From assembly GCA_951406725.2 (NCBI GenBank), contig OX597837.1:20336001-20400000 (forward strand): a stretch of 64,000 nt of DNA, written 5' to 3'. The notes under the pieces are model-generated. The model searched no databases and had not been told where the DNA came from. It worked only from the letters and a program-made list of their open reading frames with translations. The stretch's first letter is position 1. The number at the start of each line of letters is the position of its first letter. Made by a program: the position numbers and the translations under genes. The DNA is from Octopus vulgaris. Taxonomy: Eukaryota. Below are positions 28,790 to 41,861 of the stretch, in pieces.

Positions 28790-31120
28790 TATCGTGTTAC
28801 ACAGTGTTATCATAGATATATTAAAGTGCAACACCACCAATGAATCCACAAAATATTAGACACAATTTAAAAGATAAACTGGGAAAGCAGTTTACGGACT
28901 CAAAAACTATGACCATAAATTCCAAATTACTGAAACAAGAAATAACAGCGACAAGCGAGAAATTAAAATGTAAATCTGCAAATATAAACGGGAAGAAAAT
29001 GGAATAAATTTTTTGCTAGAGATCCGAAATCAGTCTATCGTAGTTTCCTCAAAAACAACAGAATATCAGTAGAAAACCATTCCATCAGCAGAACAAGTTG
29101 AAATCTATTTGGAGATCAATGTGGGAAAAGAATAATAAATTAAACGAAAAGGCTGGATGGATTGAAGTTTATGTAGTTACTACAAGCATGTTAAACAAAA
29201 GTTGTACGAAATGGACGGTTCAGAGAAACACATAGTGCAATGTCCTTTGCGACGATAATGTCTATGTTGGTGGCTCGGGGTTTACACAATATTCGCCCAA
29301 TATTTTAGGAAAAAAGTGATGAGCACGGTGTTTTCTCAAACTATAAAGGTTCAATGCAGGTCTATGTGAGGGATGGGGAGATTTGAATCGCTACATCGGT
29401 CCCACGCCCGGGAAGCCTACAAAATTTCTTCTTAAAAACTAACAAACCATCAGCAGAACAAGTTGAAAGCTAGTGGAGATCATTACGGGGAATGGAATAA
29501 TAAATCAAGAGAAAAAGCTGAATGAGTTGATCTAGAAATTATGTATAAAGGATAATACAAGCGTGTTAAACGAAAACTCTACGAAATCCACTGTGCAGTA
29601 CAAGAAACAGTCCTTTAAAAAATACTTAGTAGGAAATTCCCGGGCTCGGAGGTTATGACATGATTTCGGTTCTAAAAAATCTCGTCTTTTATCGGCGAGA
29701 TTTAATAACATTGTATGGAAATGGTCTCATGGAGACGTCAAGTTTACCCACATTGCTGTCAACAGCCATTACTCTTCTCATCCCCCAAAATAGCCAAACC
29801 ATCGAGTCCAAAAATTACCGTCTAATAACCCGTCAAATGTTAAAACATTATGTATAAAATGTACACTGGATGCATCAACCTGTTTCAACAGGATCGTTGT
29901 ACCACCACTAGTATTAGAACACTTGAATTACTTGGGGGAAGGAAGGAAGTGTGAAGCTGTCCTGAGCACCTATTAATTTATAAAAAGATACGAGAGAGAG
30001 AGCTACAAAGAAGAACAGAAACTTGGCTATGGTATGGCTGGACTACCAAAATACCTTTAATAGTATATCACATGGGTGGATTATCAAAGCAGTACAATTA
30101 GCCCAGGAAACACCACTGCTAGTAGCTGCCTCACTTTTGTCTTTGGCGATGACCTGAAGCTGTATGGGCCAGATATTAACCACATTGAAAAGGAACTGGA
30201 TCTCATAACCCAATTCTCCGAAGACATTGGAATGGAATTTGGTAAGTTCGAAAGCGCATTTTGGGTGGGAAAACGCGACAAAATTGTGTCCTCAACGAAA
30301 ACACTAAAAATTGAACAACCTAAAAATACAACCTTTACTCTCCGGGGAAAGCTACAAGTATCTCGGACAGGATGAGAATGTCATCTATGGAGGACCCATC
30401 AATAAGAAGAGGACACAGAATGAATACCACAAGAGTGTTTAAATAAAATGTTTTTCCGAACTCTCAGCTTACAATAAGTAGATCGCGCACAACACCTTAT
30501 CGTACTTATCCTCACTCCTACATTTGGCTTTCTAAGTCAGTCGCTGCAAGAGTTCAACGAGATAAACATACGAACTCGCAAGCTGATCAGTGTTGCAGGA
30601 AACTTCAACATCAATGGAGATGTAGACAGACTTGTATTGCACATGCAAGGATGGTGGCTGTGATCTCAGATCCGTATTGATGTCACATGAAGCATAAATC
30701 GTGATACTGAACCAACATCTGCAACTGAAGAAGGAGGCGAGTGACTATCTTACCAAGTTAGAGACCACGAAATCAACAACATAATTAGGAAAGCTAATGA
30801 ATTTGAAGAGGTGCTTGAAATAACAACGATGCAGATCTCTTCCAAAGAGCACAGGAAATTTTGAAACAGCAAAATAACAAAAAAGTAGAACAGTTCGCTA
30901 AGAAGTTAATACAGGGCACTTGACATAAAAAAAAATTTAAACTATGGAGGGAATAAATCACATCATAAGCTTGGCGTGGATTACGGACGAGGTAATGACA
31001 TCCCACTTTGAAGACTACATCCATACAATTAAAGAACAAAAATTCCCCATCTGCTGCACAAATGGCAGAAAACATTTACGGACATCAATTGCAGGCTGTG
31101 CCAAACTAAAACTGAAGACA
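28790..31120 (+). pseudogene. Old, fragmented R4/Dong-clade non-LTR retrotransposon
   Basis: Remnant peptides PSAEQVESXWRS, AITLLIPQNSQTIESKNYRLIT, LAMVWLDYQNTFNSISHGWI, FGDDLKLY..FSEDIGMEFG, YKYLGQDE and SELSAYNK, with many stops, frameshifts and deletions. Confidence 0.78.
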
Positions 31121-31525
31121 TCAACTTTGCCTTTCAAATTCAGTGAAACAATTACTGGAGTCAATGTAATCGACTTACCCTGTCCCCCGAGAATGGTTGC
31201 TTTGTGCCAAAATTTGGAACCATTGTAATTATTATGGTTATAACTACCAACCTGCCATGAGCAAACTATAGCTGAACATAGATTCTTGGGGATGGAATGC
31301 AATTCTAATTCATACGTTACAAATGATCACGATAACTGAAATAAGAAAAATCTTCAAGAGCTGCTTAATATTTAGAGTATGGCGAATAAAACAAGATTTT
31401 TTTTCCCTTCACAACCTTACTACCAAAGAGTTAACCTCTCGAAATCGATTCTAAATTAAAAAGAGAGAAAAGAACATACATACATACATACATACATACA
31501 TACATACATACATGCATGCATGCAT

Positions 31526-31556
<31 letters not shown>

Positions 31557-31588
31557 GGCAGACAGACAGACAGGCAGGCAGGCAGGCA

Positions 31589-31633
<45 letters not shown>

Positions 31634-31646
31634 TCAGACAGACAGA

Positions 31647-32193
31647 CTTGACGTAGTGATTTGGGACAGAGAAGGAAAACTCTGTACAGTTGTAAAAATC
31701 AGCTGCCCAGTGGACGTTAACATAAGACTAAAGATGAGTGAAAAAGAAAATTCCTACGCTGAACTACTGAGAAATCTGCTGTTACTCTATCCAGATTACA
31801 ATTTTATAGCTGAAATTATTGGGGAACGGGGATTCGTAACATACTGTCTAAATACCAATTTTGAGAAATTAAGCTTCTCAAAATCAGAAAGGAGAAAGCT
31901 GATTTGAAGATTACAAGGCCAAGCCACCACTGGAACAGTCAAAATTTGTAGAATTTTCCAGATATATGCGCATGTCTAGACATAGAACTATATGCACGAG
32001 AATAAATACGTAAAACAAAACATACAAATCTATTTATGCACTGACTTCAAATACTGCACATATACACACGTTCATGCAAAAATACCTTGCTTATTTTGTT
32101 TTAAATTTCAACGAAGGAGTCTTGTATCTAGGTTAGAAATCGGTTCTTCTTCTATTGGCCAGAAATCTTGACATAAAACTGAATACCGACATA
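31647..32193 (+). mobile_element. R4/Dong-clade 3' end (restriction-like endonuclease plus 3' UTR) between (ACAT)n/(CAGA)n tracts
   Basis: LDVVIWDREGKLCTVVKISCPVDVNI..SEKENSYAELLRNL..YPDY..IIG. Tetranucleotide tracts lie at 31474-31646 and 32194-32318. Confidence 0.75.
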
Positions 32194-32283
32194 ATACATA
32201 CATACATACATACATACATACATACATTCATGCATGCATGCATGCATACATACATACATACATACATACATACATACATACAT

Positions 32284-32320
<37 letters not shown>

Positions 32321-32334
32321 GAAACTTTTGTGTG

Positions 32335-32530
32335 TCTTTATGATCCAGAATCGAAGGCTCAGTTCATAGAATGGGGCCACACTTCTTCCTGAATGTCTAA
32401 AATGGTCATGAGCCAGTTATCGGTGAAGAAAGCTATGGTGACTACTTTTGGAGATGACAAGGGCTCCATTCTTCTTGATTTTCTAGCATCTGGCTGTACT
32501 GTGAACAATGAGCAATACATTGAGACATGT
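32335..32530 (+). pseudogene. Mariner transposase fragment
   Basis: YDPESKAQFIEWGHTSS*..SQLSVKKAMVTTFGDDKGSILLDFLASGCTVNNEQY matches the mariner YDPETK..W..KVM.TVFWD.KG....FL..G.TIN..YY block. Confidence 0.75.
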
Positions 32531-32691
32531 ATATATTCAATATCTTCCACAGAAACGTTAAATGGTCAACATTTTCGGTTGCTTCTTGGAGGTTTATGAG
32601 ATTCACTCTCCTGCTCTTCGATGGCAAAAGCATAATCTCCAAATTCGAAGTGATGGAGAGGTGGTGAGTCCAAAAATGGAGACGCTGAATA

Positions 32692-33192
32692 TAAATTTTT
32701 GACACAAGGCCAGCAAGTTCGATGGAGGGATAAGTCGATTACATCGACTCCAGTGCTCAAATGGTAACTTGTTTTGTCGACCCCGAAAGGATGACAGGCA
32801 AAGTCGACCTAAGCGGAATTTGCACTCAGAACGCAAAGAGGAGCGAAATGCCGCTAAGCATTTTGCCCGGTGTGGTAATAATGATTCTGCCGTCTCGGCG
32901 CAGTACTGTATGTAGATATTAGTAGCTTTAACAGTTTAACGGAAATTATACTCAGGACCCATGAATATTTCACGGAACTAACGGTAAACCTATTCTCTCT
33001 TTTACTCTTTTACTTGTTTCAGTCATTTGACTGCGGCCATGCTGGAGCACCGCCTTTAGTCGAGCTTATTCTTTGTAAGCCCAGTACTTATTCTATCGGT
33101 CTCTTTTGCCGAACCGCTAAGTGACGGGGACGTAAACACACCAGCATCGGTTGTCAAGCAATGCTAGAGGGATAAACACAGACACACAAACA
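32692..33192 (-). mobile_element. SINE-B (32692-32900) and SINE-A tail half (32996-33192)
   Basis: Family motifs. Confidence 0.85.
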
Positions 33193-33320
33193 TTTTCTGA
33201 AAACTTTATCCCAAAAACCTGAAAGCGTCGCCTGTGTTGTGTCTGTATGGAAAGATAGTCACTCATCTGCTACTTATTGAAAAGTAAAAGAAATTGGAAT
33301 ACGATGATTTCTTAACGCCC

Positions 33321-33403
<83 letters not shown>

Positions 33404-33785
33404 TTGATATACTTTATGCACAATTTTATAGACTTAATACACAGCACTCATAAAATAAATATTCACTCTTATTTTTCCATTTTCCCCATAAACAAAAAAA
33501 ATATCCCGTACATATGATACAACCTTTAGTTAAATTGCATATATCTGCCATGTAAATATGCGTGGATATTTCATGGAATTGCACTTAACCGCATGCGTTA
33601 AGTGATAGATTATATAAAAGAAACTTAGTTCGATTTTTTTTTAAAATACACTTTTTCACTATCCAATCACCATTGCTACCTCCACCACCACCTTTACCAT
33701 CACCACCTCCATCTCAACCGCCACCATTATCATCTCTCTCTCCATCCTCTCTCTCCCCGTCTCACATCTCCCTATCTCACCTCTC

Positions 33786-33820
<35 letters not shown>

Positions 33821-34413
33821 GCCTTTCTTTAACCTCACTATCACTCCTCTGCTAAAATTATACTTTTTAGCTCTCCTCCTCTACCCTCAACTAACCTTCT
33901 TAACCACGTCATAAATATTACGTTCCCCCCCCCATCTCACGTCATGGACACTTCTCTCTCCCTCTTTTTCTCTCTTCCTTTTTCTTTCACCCTCTTTCTG
34001 CCTCACTCTTCGCCTCATCATCTGTTTCTCTCTCCTTTTTCTTCCTCCTTTCTTTCCCTTCAACTAATCACATGAAAGCGTTACAATTACGTGCTCTCTA
34101 CCCCATGTCATGGACGCTTCTCTTTCTTTCTTTTTTTCTCCTTCCCTCTTTTTCTCTCTCCCTCTTTTCTTTCTCCTTTTTCTTTAATTACGTGAAAGAT
34201 CGATTCATTCGGCTAAAAGTTCTTCAAGGCGGTGCCGCAGCATGGCCGCAGTCTAATTACTGAAACAAGTAAAAGTATACAGAATGTTTCTGCGATTTCT
34301 GTGATTCTGAGGTTCAACTAACCTGTAATTCACGAATGAAGTCTTCCTGGGGAGTTCACACCTGATCCATAAGACGTTCTCTTCTCATTTGAGATTTTGG
34401 TCTCTTTCTATTT

Positions 34414-34840
34414 CTAAGTCACTTATTTGAATGATGTTACTCTTGCAAAGCAGGACACTAAAATCTTGTCTACTATAGATACAAGGCCTGACATTTCGTG
34501 GCGAAAAGGCCAGTCGATTACATCGATACCAGGGTTCAGCTGGTACTATTTTATCGACCCCGAAAGAATGAAAAACAAAGTCGACATCGGTGGCATTTGA
34601 ACTCAGTGTGTGTGTGTGTATATGTGTGATGTGTGTATATTATTTTATTCTTTTATTGGTTTCAGCCAGTGGCGCTCCGGCATGGCTGGAGCGTTACTTT
34701 TCAGCTTTTTGGGGTCTCCTTTCGGTACTGTTTTTGGTGAAGAAGCGAGTTGTACGAGTGGACGCATCTGGGATTTCAAATAGAAATTTGTCCGGGTACT
34801 TTTTGAACGTTTTCACATCTACAACATACACTATAATTAC
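34414..34840 (+). repeat. ~425-bp local segmental duplication, copy 1 (copy 2 at 36077-36503)
   Basis: TAAGTCACTTATTTGAATGATGTTAC...ACAACATACACTATAATTAC is near-identical in both copies and includes a SINE-B fragment and a LINE tail. Confidence 0.92.
34640..34825 (-). mobile_element. 3' end of a CR1/L2-group LINE (also at 36303-36490)
   Basis: Minus-strand VDVKTFKK(Y/H)PDKFLFEIPDA resembles the FK..LD.FL..PD C-terminus of CR1/L2-type ORF2. It is followed by the tail GCTCCAGCCATGCCGGAGC.CCACTGGCTGAAACCAATAAAAGAATAAAA. Confidence 0.55.
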
Positions 34841-36076
34841 TCTATTTACTTTCTACTACTAATGCTTGGCAGAAGCTGCCTGTTATGCACAGCATTGCAC
34901 AAAAGTTTTGAAGAAATGCATGATAGGAAGCTGTCTGATATGCTCAGCATTGCGCAAAAGAGTTGGAGAAATGCTTGGTAGATGAAAAAAATACATGAAA
35001 AATATTGATGTCTTTTCACTTTCTGACAGTTAGAAGACATTTTCATAAAATTTCCAATATTTGTGACACACAGATGTTAAGACGTGTTAAACTGAGATTA
35101 ACATGTCTTTTTTTTTTTTAAATAGAGGAGTCAACAGACGTTGCTAGATTAATTGTTTAACTAGTGTTTGTAATATTTATGAAGTTAGCGTAAAAGACTT
35201 AGTAAACCACTAGTCTTTGAAGAGTCCATTCTACAAGGAAAACGATATTTTATTTAATTAATTCGCTAAAAGACATGAAATGTCGTGTAAACTTCATTAA
35301 AGGATTTACACTGAAGGAACTGCAGCTGTGCTGGAAGAAATTTTTGGTTTTGTTGCAAGAATAAAAAATGAAACATCAGAATGTTGGAAGTTCTAGTTTC
35401 TTGTTCATCATCAAACACAAGCAGTAATTCATATGTATATCGACTTCTGAAATCAGTAAACGATGTTGTAAAACTTGTCAGTTACATTAGATCGATATCA
35501 TTAAATATATTATTTTATTATCAGTTGGCAGAAAGGCGCCGAGCTGACAGAATCCTTAACAACCTCGGGCAAAATGCTTTGCGGTATTTCTTTTGGTTTT
35601 TTTATGTTATGAGTTCAAATGCCGCCGAGCTTGACTTAGTCTTTCGTACTTTTTTAGGGTCGACAAAATAAGTAGCAGTCAAGCAGTGGAGTCGATGGAA
35701 TCGACTAACCCTCTGCTGTAAAATTTCTGGCCATATGATTGTTGTAGAAGGGATTATAAATAGGTAGAAGATAGAGTTACTCAAGGATCGAGAGTTTCGT
35801 GCATTTATGTCACTAAACCCATAATTAAATGTAGCATTTTCGGTATTTTTTGTAAAAAAAAAAACAGTAAGAAAGAGAAAATGCTTGCGTAGAAATGTGA
35901 GAACTGTGCATATAATTTTATTTCTGCATACTAAAGGGCGTTGGCTATCGCGTGGAAAAGTGCTGGTGTGCTTTTTCAAATTCCGTAAATTAGGTCATTT
36001 CTCTCTGAACATGCTTTTGACTTTTCAGCCAAATCAAGTGACTAGTATTGGATTTTTTAGAAATTACATATCTTTG

Positions 36077-36503
36077 TAAGTCACTTATTTGAATGATGTT
36101 ACCCTTGCAAAGCAGGACACTAAAATCTTGTCTACTATAGATACAAGGCCTGACATTTCGTGGCGAAAAGGCCAGTCGATTACATCGATACCAGGGTTCA
36201 ACTGGTACTATTTTATCGACCCCGAAAGAACGAAAGACAAAGTCGACATCGGTAGCATTTGAACTCAGTGTGTGTGTGTATATATGTGTGGGTGTGTGTA
36301 TATTATTTTATTCTTTTATTGGTTTCAGCCAGTGGTGCTCCGGCATGGCTGGAGCGCCACTTTTCAGTTTTTTGGGGTCTCCTTTCGGTACGGTTTTTGG
36401 TGAAGAAGCGAGTTGTACGAGTGGACGCATCTGGGATTTCAAATAGAAATTTGTCCGGGTGCTTTTTGAACGTTTTCACATCTACAACATACACTATAAT
36501 TAC
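36077..36503 (+). repeat. ~425-bp local segmental duplication, copy 2
   Basis: See 34414-34840. Confidence 0.92.
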
Positions 36504-36798
36504 ATGCATATAATTGTTTGCAAGTTTCGTTTTAATCGAGGCATTTTAATATTCAGGAACCAAGCGAGGATCAAGATCTGCGTGTATATAACATATACAA
36601 GCATACGTGTATATCCACATATCCAAACACTTACACATACATATACATGCACTTTTTATCGAACCGAATTTTAGATTTTAAATTCACCAGAAGAAAACGG
36701 TTCTTTGCATGATGTAATCAAATTATTCATCAATAAAAAACGCACGGCTGAAACAGCTGTAGAGACCTTTGACCCACTTGGGTTCTTAATTTATATAT

Positions 36799-36920
36799 AG
36801 GCGCAGGTGCAGCTGCGTGGTAAGAAGCTTGCTTCCCAACCATATGGTTCCGGCTTCTGTCCCAAAGCCTTGTGAGTAGATTTGGCAGACAAAACCTGGA
36901 AGAGGCCTGTCGTATATATA

Positions 36921-36961
<41 letters not shown>

Positions 36962-37200
36962 GACGGGCCTCTTCCAGTATTATTTATGTGTGTGTGCCTC
37001 TGTGTCTCTGTTTACACCCCACCATCGCCTTACAATCGGTGTTGATGTGTTTACATACCCGTAACTTAGCAGTTCGGCAAAAGATATCGGTAGAATAAAT
37101 AGGAGACTTTAAAAACATAAACCCTGGAGTCGATTTGGTCAACAAAGACCATTCAAAGGGGTGGCCCCAGCATGGCCACAGTCTAATGGATGAAACGAGT
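36799..37200 (+). mobile_element. SINE family A (diverged)
   Basis: Head GGCGCAGGTGCAGCTGCGTGGTAAG; tail CCCCAGCATGGCCACAGTCTAATGG. Confidence 0.8.
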
Positions 37201-37405
37201 AAATTTATATAAATATAATATGTGACTATTAGTTGTCATAATAAAACTTAGAGTTTCGGATACCGGGGATGAAGTCTGCTCCGGCATCTAATCATCCGAA
37301 ACTCTGAGTTTTATTATGACAACCAGCTAATTGTCACATATTATATTTATAGATAAATTCCTCTATTTTACATAATATCGAGTCTCATTCATTCTTTTGT
37401 TGTCA
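37201..37405. repeat. Fold-back pLTR-like fragment (~60-bp inverted arms around an HHR-like stem II)
   Basis: 37201-37261 pairs with 37294-37359. The right arm continues to 37405 and matches 52600-52740 on the minus strand. Confidence 0.8.
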
Positions 37406-37432
37406 AATTATTATTATTAATATATATACATA

Positions 37433-37513
<81 letters not shown>

Positions 37514-37695
37514 TTGGATTTACGTTCAATTCTGGTAGTAAACGCCATCTGGGTCAGAATTATATTCTTCCAGCCTCGTTAGAATAATTCCCACTTGTTG
37601 ATGTTATTCTTCAAGGCGGTGCCACAGCATAGTCACAGTCTAATGACTGAAACAAATGAAGAATAAAGGAGTACTGCGTGTAAATATATATATAT

Positions 37696-37754
<59 letters not shown>

Positions 37755-37876
37755 GATGTGTGTGTATGCCTGGATGGGTGGATGGATTTATAAGAGTAGA
37801 GTAAGTTAAAATAAAATCTAACCTCAACCAGACTTAGGAGAAAACGCAGTAGCCTAATAAACAGTAACACCAATGC

Positions 37877-37921
<45 letters not shown>

Positions 37922-38221
37922 CGAAGTATATTCCTAAGTAAGAAGAAATATTTTTTTCAAACAAATATATAAAAAAAAAAGGACCGAGAAAATTCAAAAG
38001 TGAAAAATCCAAAGAATACGTGCAGAGCGAGTGATGTGAATTCTCATTTCTAAAGGATTATTATCCACGTTTGGAGTGCATCCTGTTTTAAAATCATAAA
38101 ACTGTTGTTTTCGCTTACATTTCTTGAGAAAGACGATGGTGGCATTTATTTATTTATTTATCTACTTTTTTTTCTGTAAGACTTTCTTTATTGTTTTCTC
38201 CTTTCCTTTCTTCTTTCACTA

Positions 38222-38263
<42 letters not shown>

Positions 38264-38338
38264 TTATTCATCTTCATCAACATCATCTTCTCTTTCTTGT
38301 TGTTGTTGTTGTTGTCATTATTATTATCACTATTGTTA

Positions 38339-38379
<41 letters not shown>

Positions 38380-38546
38380 GTTATTTCTTGAAACCCTTAT
38401 TTTTTTCAAACGATGACCAATTAGTAGAATTGAATATTTTCCATTTCTTTGTAATTAGTTTGAGCAAAAAGAGAAAAAGAAAAGAAAGCGCAACAAAAAC
38501 ACACCAGCACTAACAACACTAACAACAACAAAAATAACTACTACTT

Positions 38547-38592
<46 letters not shown>

Positions 38593-38759
38593 AATAACTA
38601 CAACCGACGAGTGCAATAACAATATAATTTCCTTCGAATGTTAGACGGCAGCGTAGTTCTGCGAGCTGACGGAGCTGTTAATTCGTCAGCAGCAATGCGT
38701 AGTGGCATTCGTTCCGAATTCACATCCTGAGTTCAAGTCCTGCCGAGTTCGGCATTTTA

Positions 38760-39175
38760 TTTACTCTTTTACTTGTTTCAGTCATTTGACTGTGGCCATG
38801 CTGGAGCACCACCTTTTTAGTCGAGCAAAACAACCCCAGGACTTATTCTTTGTAAGCCTAGTACTTATTCTATCGGTCTCTTTTGCTGAACCGCAAAGTT
38901 ACGGGGACGTAAACACACCAGCATTGGTTGTCAAGCGATGTTGGGGGAACAAACACAGACATAGAAACATATACACACACATACACACATACATATATAT
39001 ATACATGTATAGGACGGGCTTTATTTCAGTTTCCGTCTATCAAATCCACTCACAAGGCTTTGGTCGGCCCGGGGCTATAGTAGAAGACACTTGCCCAATG
39101 GGCCACGAAGTGGGACTGAACCCGGAACCATGTGGTTGGTAAGCAAGCTACTTACTACACAGCCACTCCTACGCC
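38760..39175 (-). mobile_element. SINE family A, full length
   Basis: Family motifs. Confidence 0.9.
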
Positions 39176-39755
39176 TTTCTTTTCTTCTTCTCTTTATTAT
39201 TTCTTACTTTTCAGGATTGACAAAATGAATACCAGTTGATAAATGGAATCGATGTAATCGTCTAGACACCCTCCCTATAAAATTTCAGGCCTTGTGCCTA
39301 TAGCAGAAAGGCCTTAACAAAAAACATCACCACCAACATCCACATTTACGTGACCAGCATCTTCACTAAAACAAATCCAACTACACCGCTCCACATATGT
39401 ACGCACTACGTTACACATACACATACACACACACAAGCTCACATCATTTTCAGCTCGGCCACACATGCATACTCACACACTCGCCTCCATTTACACGTAT
39501 ATTTCTTTATTGCCCACAAGGGGCTAAACATAGAGGGGACAAACAAGGACAGGCAAAGGGACCCGAGTGCGAAACTGGTAATCGACCCCGAAAGGATGAA
39601 AGGCAAAGTCGACCTCGGCGGAATTTGAACTCAGAACGTAACGACAGACAAAATACCGCTAAGCATTTCGCCCAGCTCGCACACCCACACACATTACCCT
39701 CTCATACACACGTGCACTTACGCACCTTAGTTCATCTGGGACAGCCTTATTCTTC

Positions 39756-39810
<55 letters not shown>

Positions 39811-39932
39811 CTCCCTTTCATTCAGCCTCTTTCTTCCGGCCATTTCTTCATGTTGAACCGTTAATCCCTAAAGATTTTTTCTCGCTCCGTTTTTTTTTCT
39901 TTCACTTTCCATTTCCACCACAACCCCCTTAA

Positions 39933-39971
39933 TCTTTTCTGACGAAGAGCGGAGGCTCGAAACGTCAAAGA
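39933..39971 (+). ncRNA. Minimal type-I hammerhead ribozyme-like motif in a PLE pLTR fragment (about 39870-40060)
   Basis: TCTTTT-CTGACGA-A-GAGC(GGAG)GCTC-GAAA-CG-TC-AAAGA: a canonical core, a 4-bp stem II, a palindromic ACGT stem III and a T-rich/AAAGA stem I. Confidence 0.65.
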
Positions 39972-40100
39972 CTTTTCCATCCTTCCTGAGCGTTGACCTA
40001 ATACACCTGCTTGTTGTTCCTACACCTGTCTTTGTCTTTTGTTTTCTGCAAATTTGAACTATACATACATACATACATACATACATACATACATACATAC

Positions 40101-40148
<48 letters not shown>

Positions 40149-40166
40149 CATACATACATACATATA

Positions 40167-40212
<46 letters not shown>

Positions 40213-40219
<7 letters not shown>

Positions 40220-40376
40220 AATAATATGGGTAAAAATTGATATTGATTAGATTAATATCAATTTAAACCAGTGACCTAGCATATTGAAAAATATCTGAAG
40301 ATTCAGAAAATTATATTACTGGTTTAAATTGATATTAATCTAATTAATAACAATTTTGCCCTTATTATTTAAATGT
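40213..40376. repeat. ~60-bp inverted repeat abutting (TA)n
   Basis: ATTTAAATAATATGGGTAAAAATTG...TTTAAACCAGT pairs with ACTGGTTTAAA...CAATTTTGCCCTTATTATTTAAAT. Confidence 0.85.
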
Positions 40377-41229
40377 AAATAACCATGTTCTCTAATCGGC
40401 AAGCTTCGATGCAGAAAAATTTCTGCAGTCATTTCCAGCATCAGCACGCCAAAACGAAGACATTTGAAATATACCTCCAAATATAAATGTATGCATGTTC
40501 TCTCTCGGGAGGACGTCCCGTGTATAGTTCTGCAAATTATATTTTCCATGACGGTCACACTGAGGATTTGCAAACATTTTCGTAATGTATATGGTAACAA
40601 TGAAACCATGGTATGTGATTAATCACTATATTTTGTATCTTTTCATTTGTTTTGCTCGCTTTACGTTCTGGCGTTTGCCGATTTTTCTTCAGAACAATTT
40701 TTCTTAGAAGTCAGATCATATATATATATTCTTTTGCTTCAGGGACCTCTCAGACTGATGAAAGAAGAAGCAGGGGAGGTGAACTCGGAACAGCGTGAAC
40801 CACCCGAAGGCATTCAAGGACTCCTCCCACATTGCTACCAGAACTTTGACGGCTGTAACCATTGCAACGACTGCTATGTATTTATTTATCTTCTACGTGT
40901 TTTAGTCATTGGAATACGGCCATACTGGACCACCACCTTCGCGAGTTTAGTCAAAAGAGTCGTCTTCGGATCTTAGTAGTACAGAGGACGATTCAAGCTA
41001 AACTATTATCAAGCCAAGTACTTATTCCATCGGCTTCTTTTTACTGAACTGCTAGAGGCAGACGTAAGCAAACCAACACTAGCTGTAAAGTAGTGTATGT
41101 GTATGTGTATGTGTATATGGTGAGGAAACAAACACACACATACGCATAGATATATACAATGCTTATTTATCTCTCTGTGTACATGTATATTATATATACT
41201 GATAGATAAATTGACAGAAGAAGACAGAC

Positions 41230-41307
<78 letters not shown>

Positions 41308-41861
41308 GTTGGACTTCTTCCAGTTTTCCGGAATCAAATCCACTCACAAGGGTTTGGTCGGTCCAGAATCATAGTAGGAGTCACTTGCCCAAGGCACCGC
41401 GCAATGAGACTAAACCCAAACCCATGTGGTTGGAAAGCAAGCATCTTACCACACAGTCACGCCTAACAGACATCAACAGCTTCCAGAACAAGTTCTAATT
41501 ACTTTATCAAGCTTTCCTGTACAGAACTGCAGTGCTTTAGAATTCATTCGCTGCGAGTGTAATTTTTTTTTTACCTAGAGGCAGCAACGTACAGAAGTTC
41601 AAGTGAGATCTATCGATCCGATTGGCTTAGAAGAACTAACAGAGGTCAAAGTTCGCTGCTGCTCCACTTCATATTATGTGTGTGAATGTACACATTTATA
41701 CGTACATTGCATACATATGTATGTAACACTGTATGAATGTGCGTGTGTGTGTGTGTGTAGGATGCAGGGAGCAGTAGCATTGCCAGAGATAAGCGTCAAA
41801 GACTCTTTAACCACAGAAGCACATGTTCTGTTCACTTATATATATATATATATATATATAT

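Noticed and set aside
32095-32155. HHR-like words in the R4/Dong 3' UTR (AACGAAGGA..TAGAAATCGGTTC)
   Set aside because: The core and stems do not fit the hammerhead consensus well enough.
34860-34980. About 2.2 copies of a 54-bp tandem unit; also 15-bp CGGTGAA repeats at 10539-10598 and a GA-rich duplication at 57505-57600
   Set aside because: Real but short, ordinary tandem duplications with no further structure.
40731-40880. Possible internal host exon after CTTTTGCTTCAG (GPLRLMKEEAGEVNSEQREPP...)
   Set aside because: An acceptor-like site is present, but there is no recognisable protein similarity, convincing donor or partner exon.
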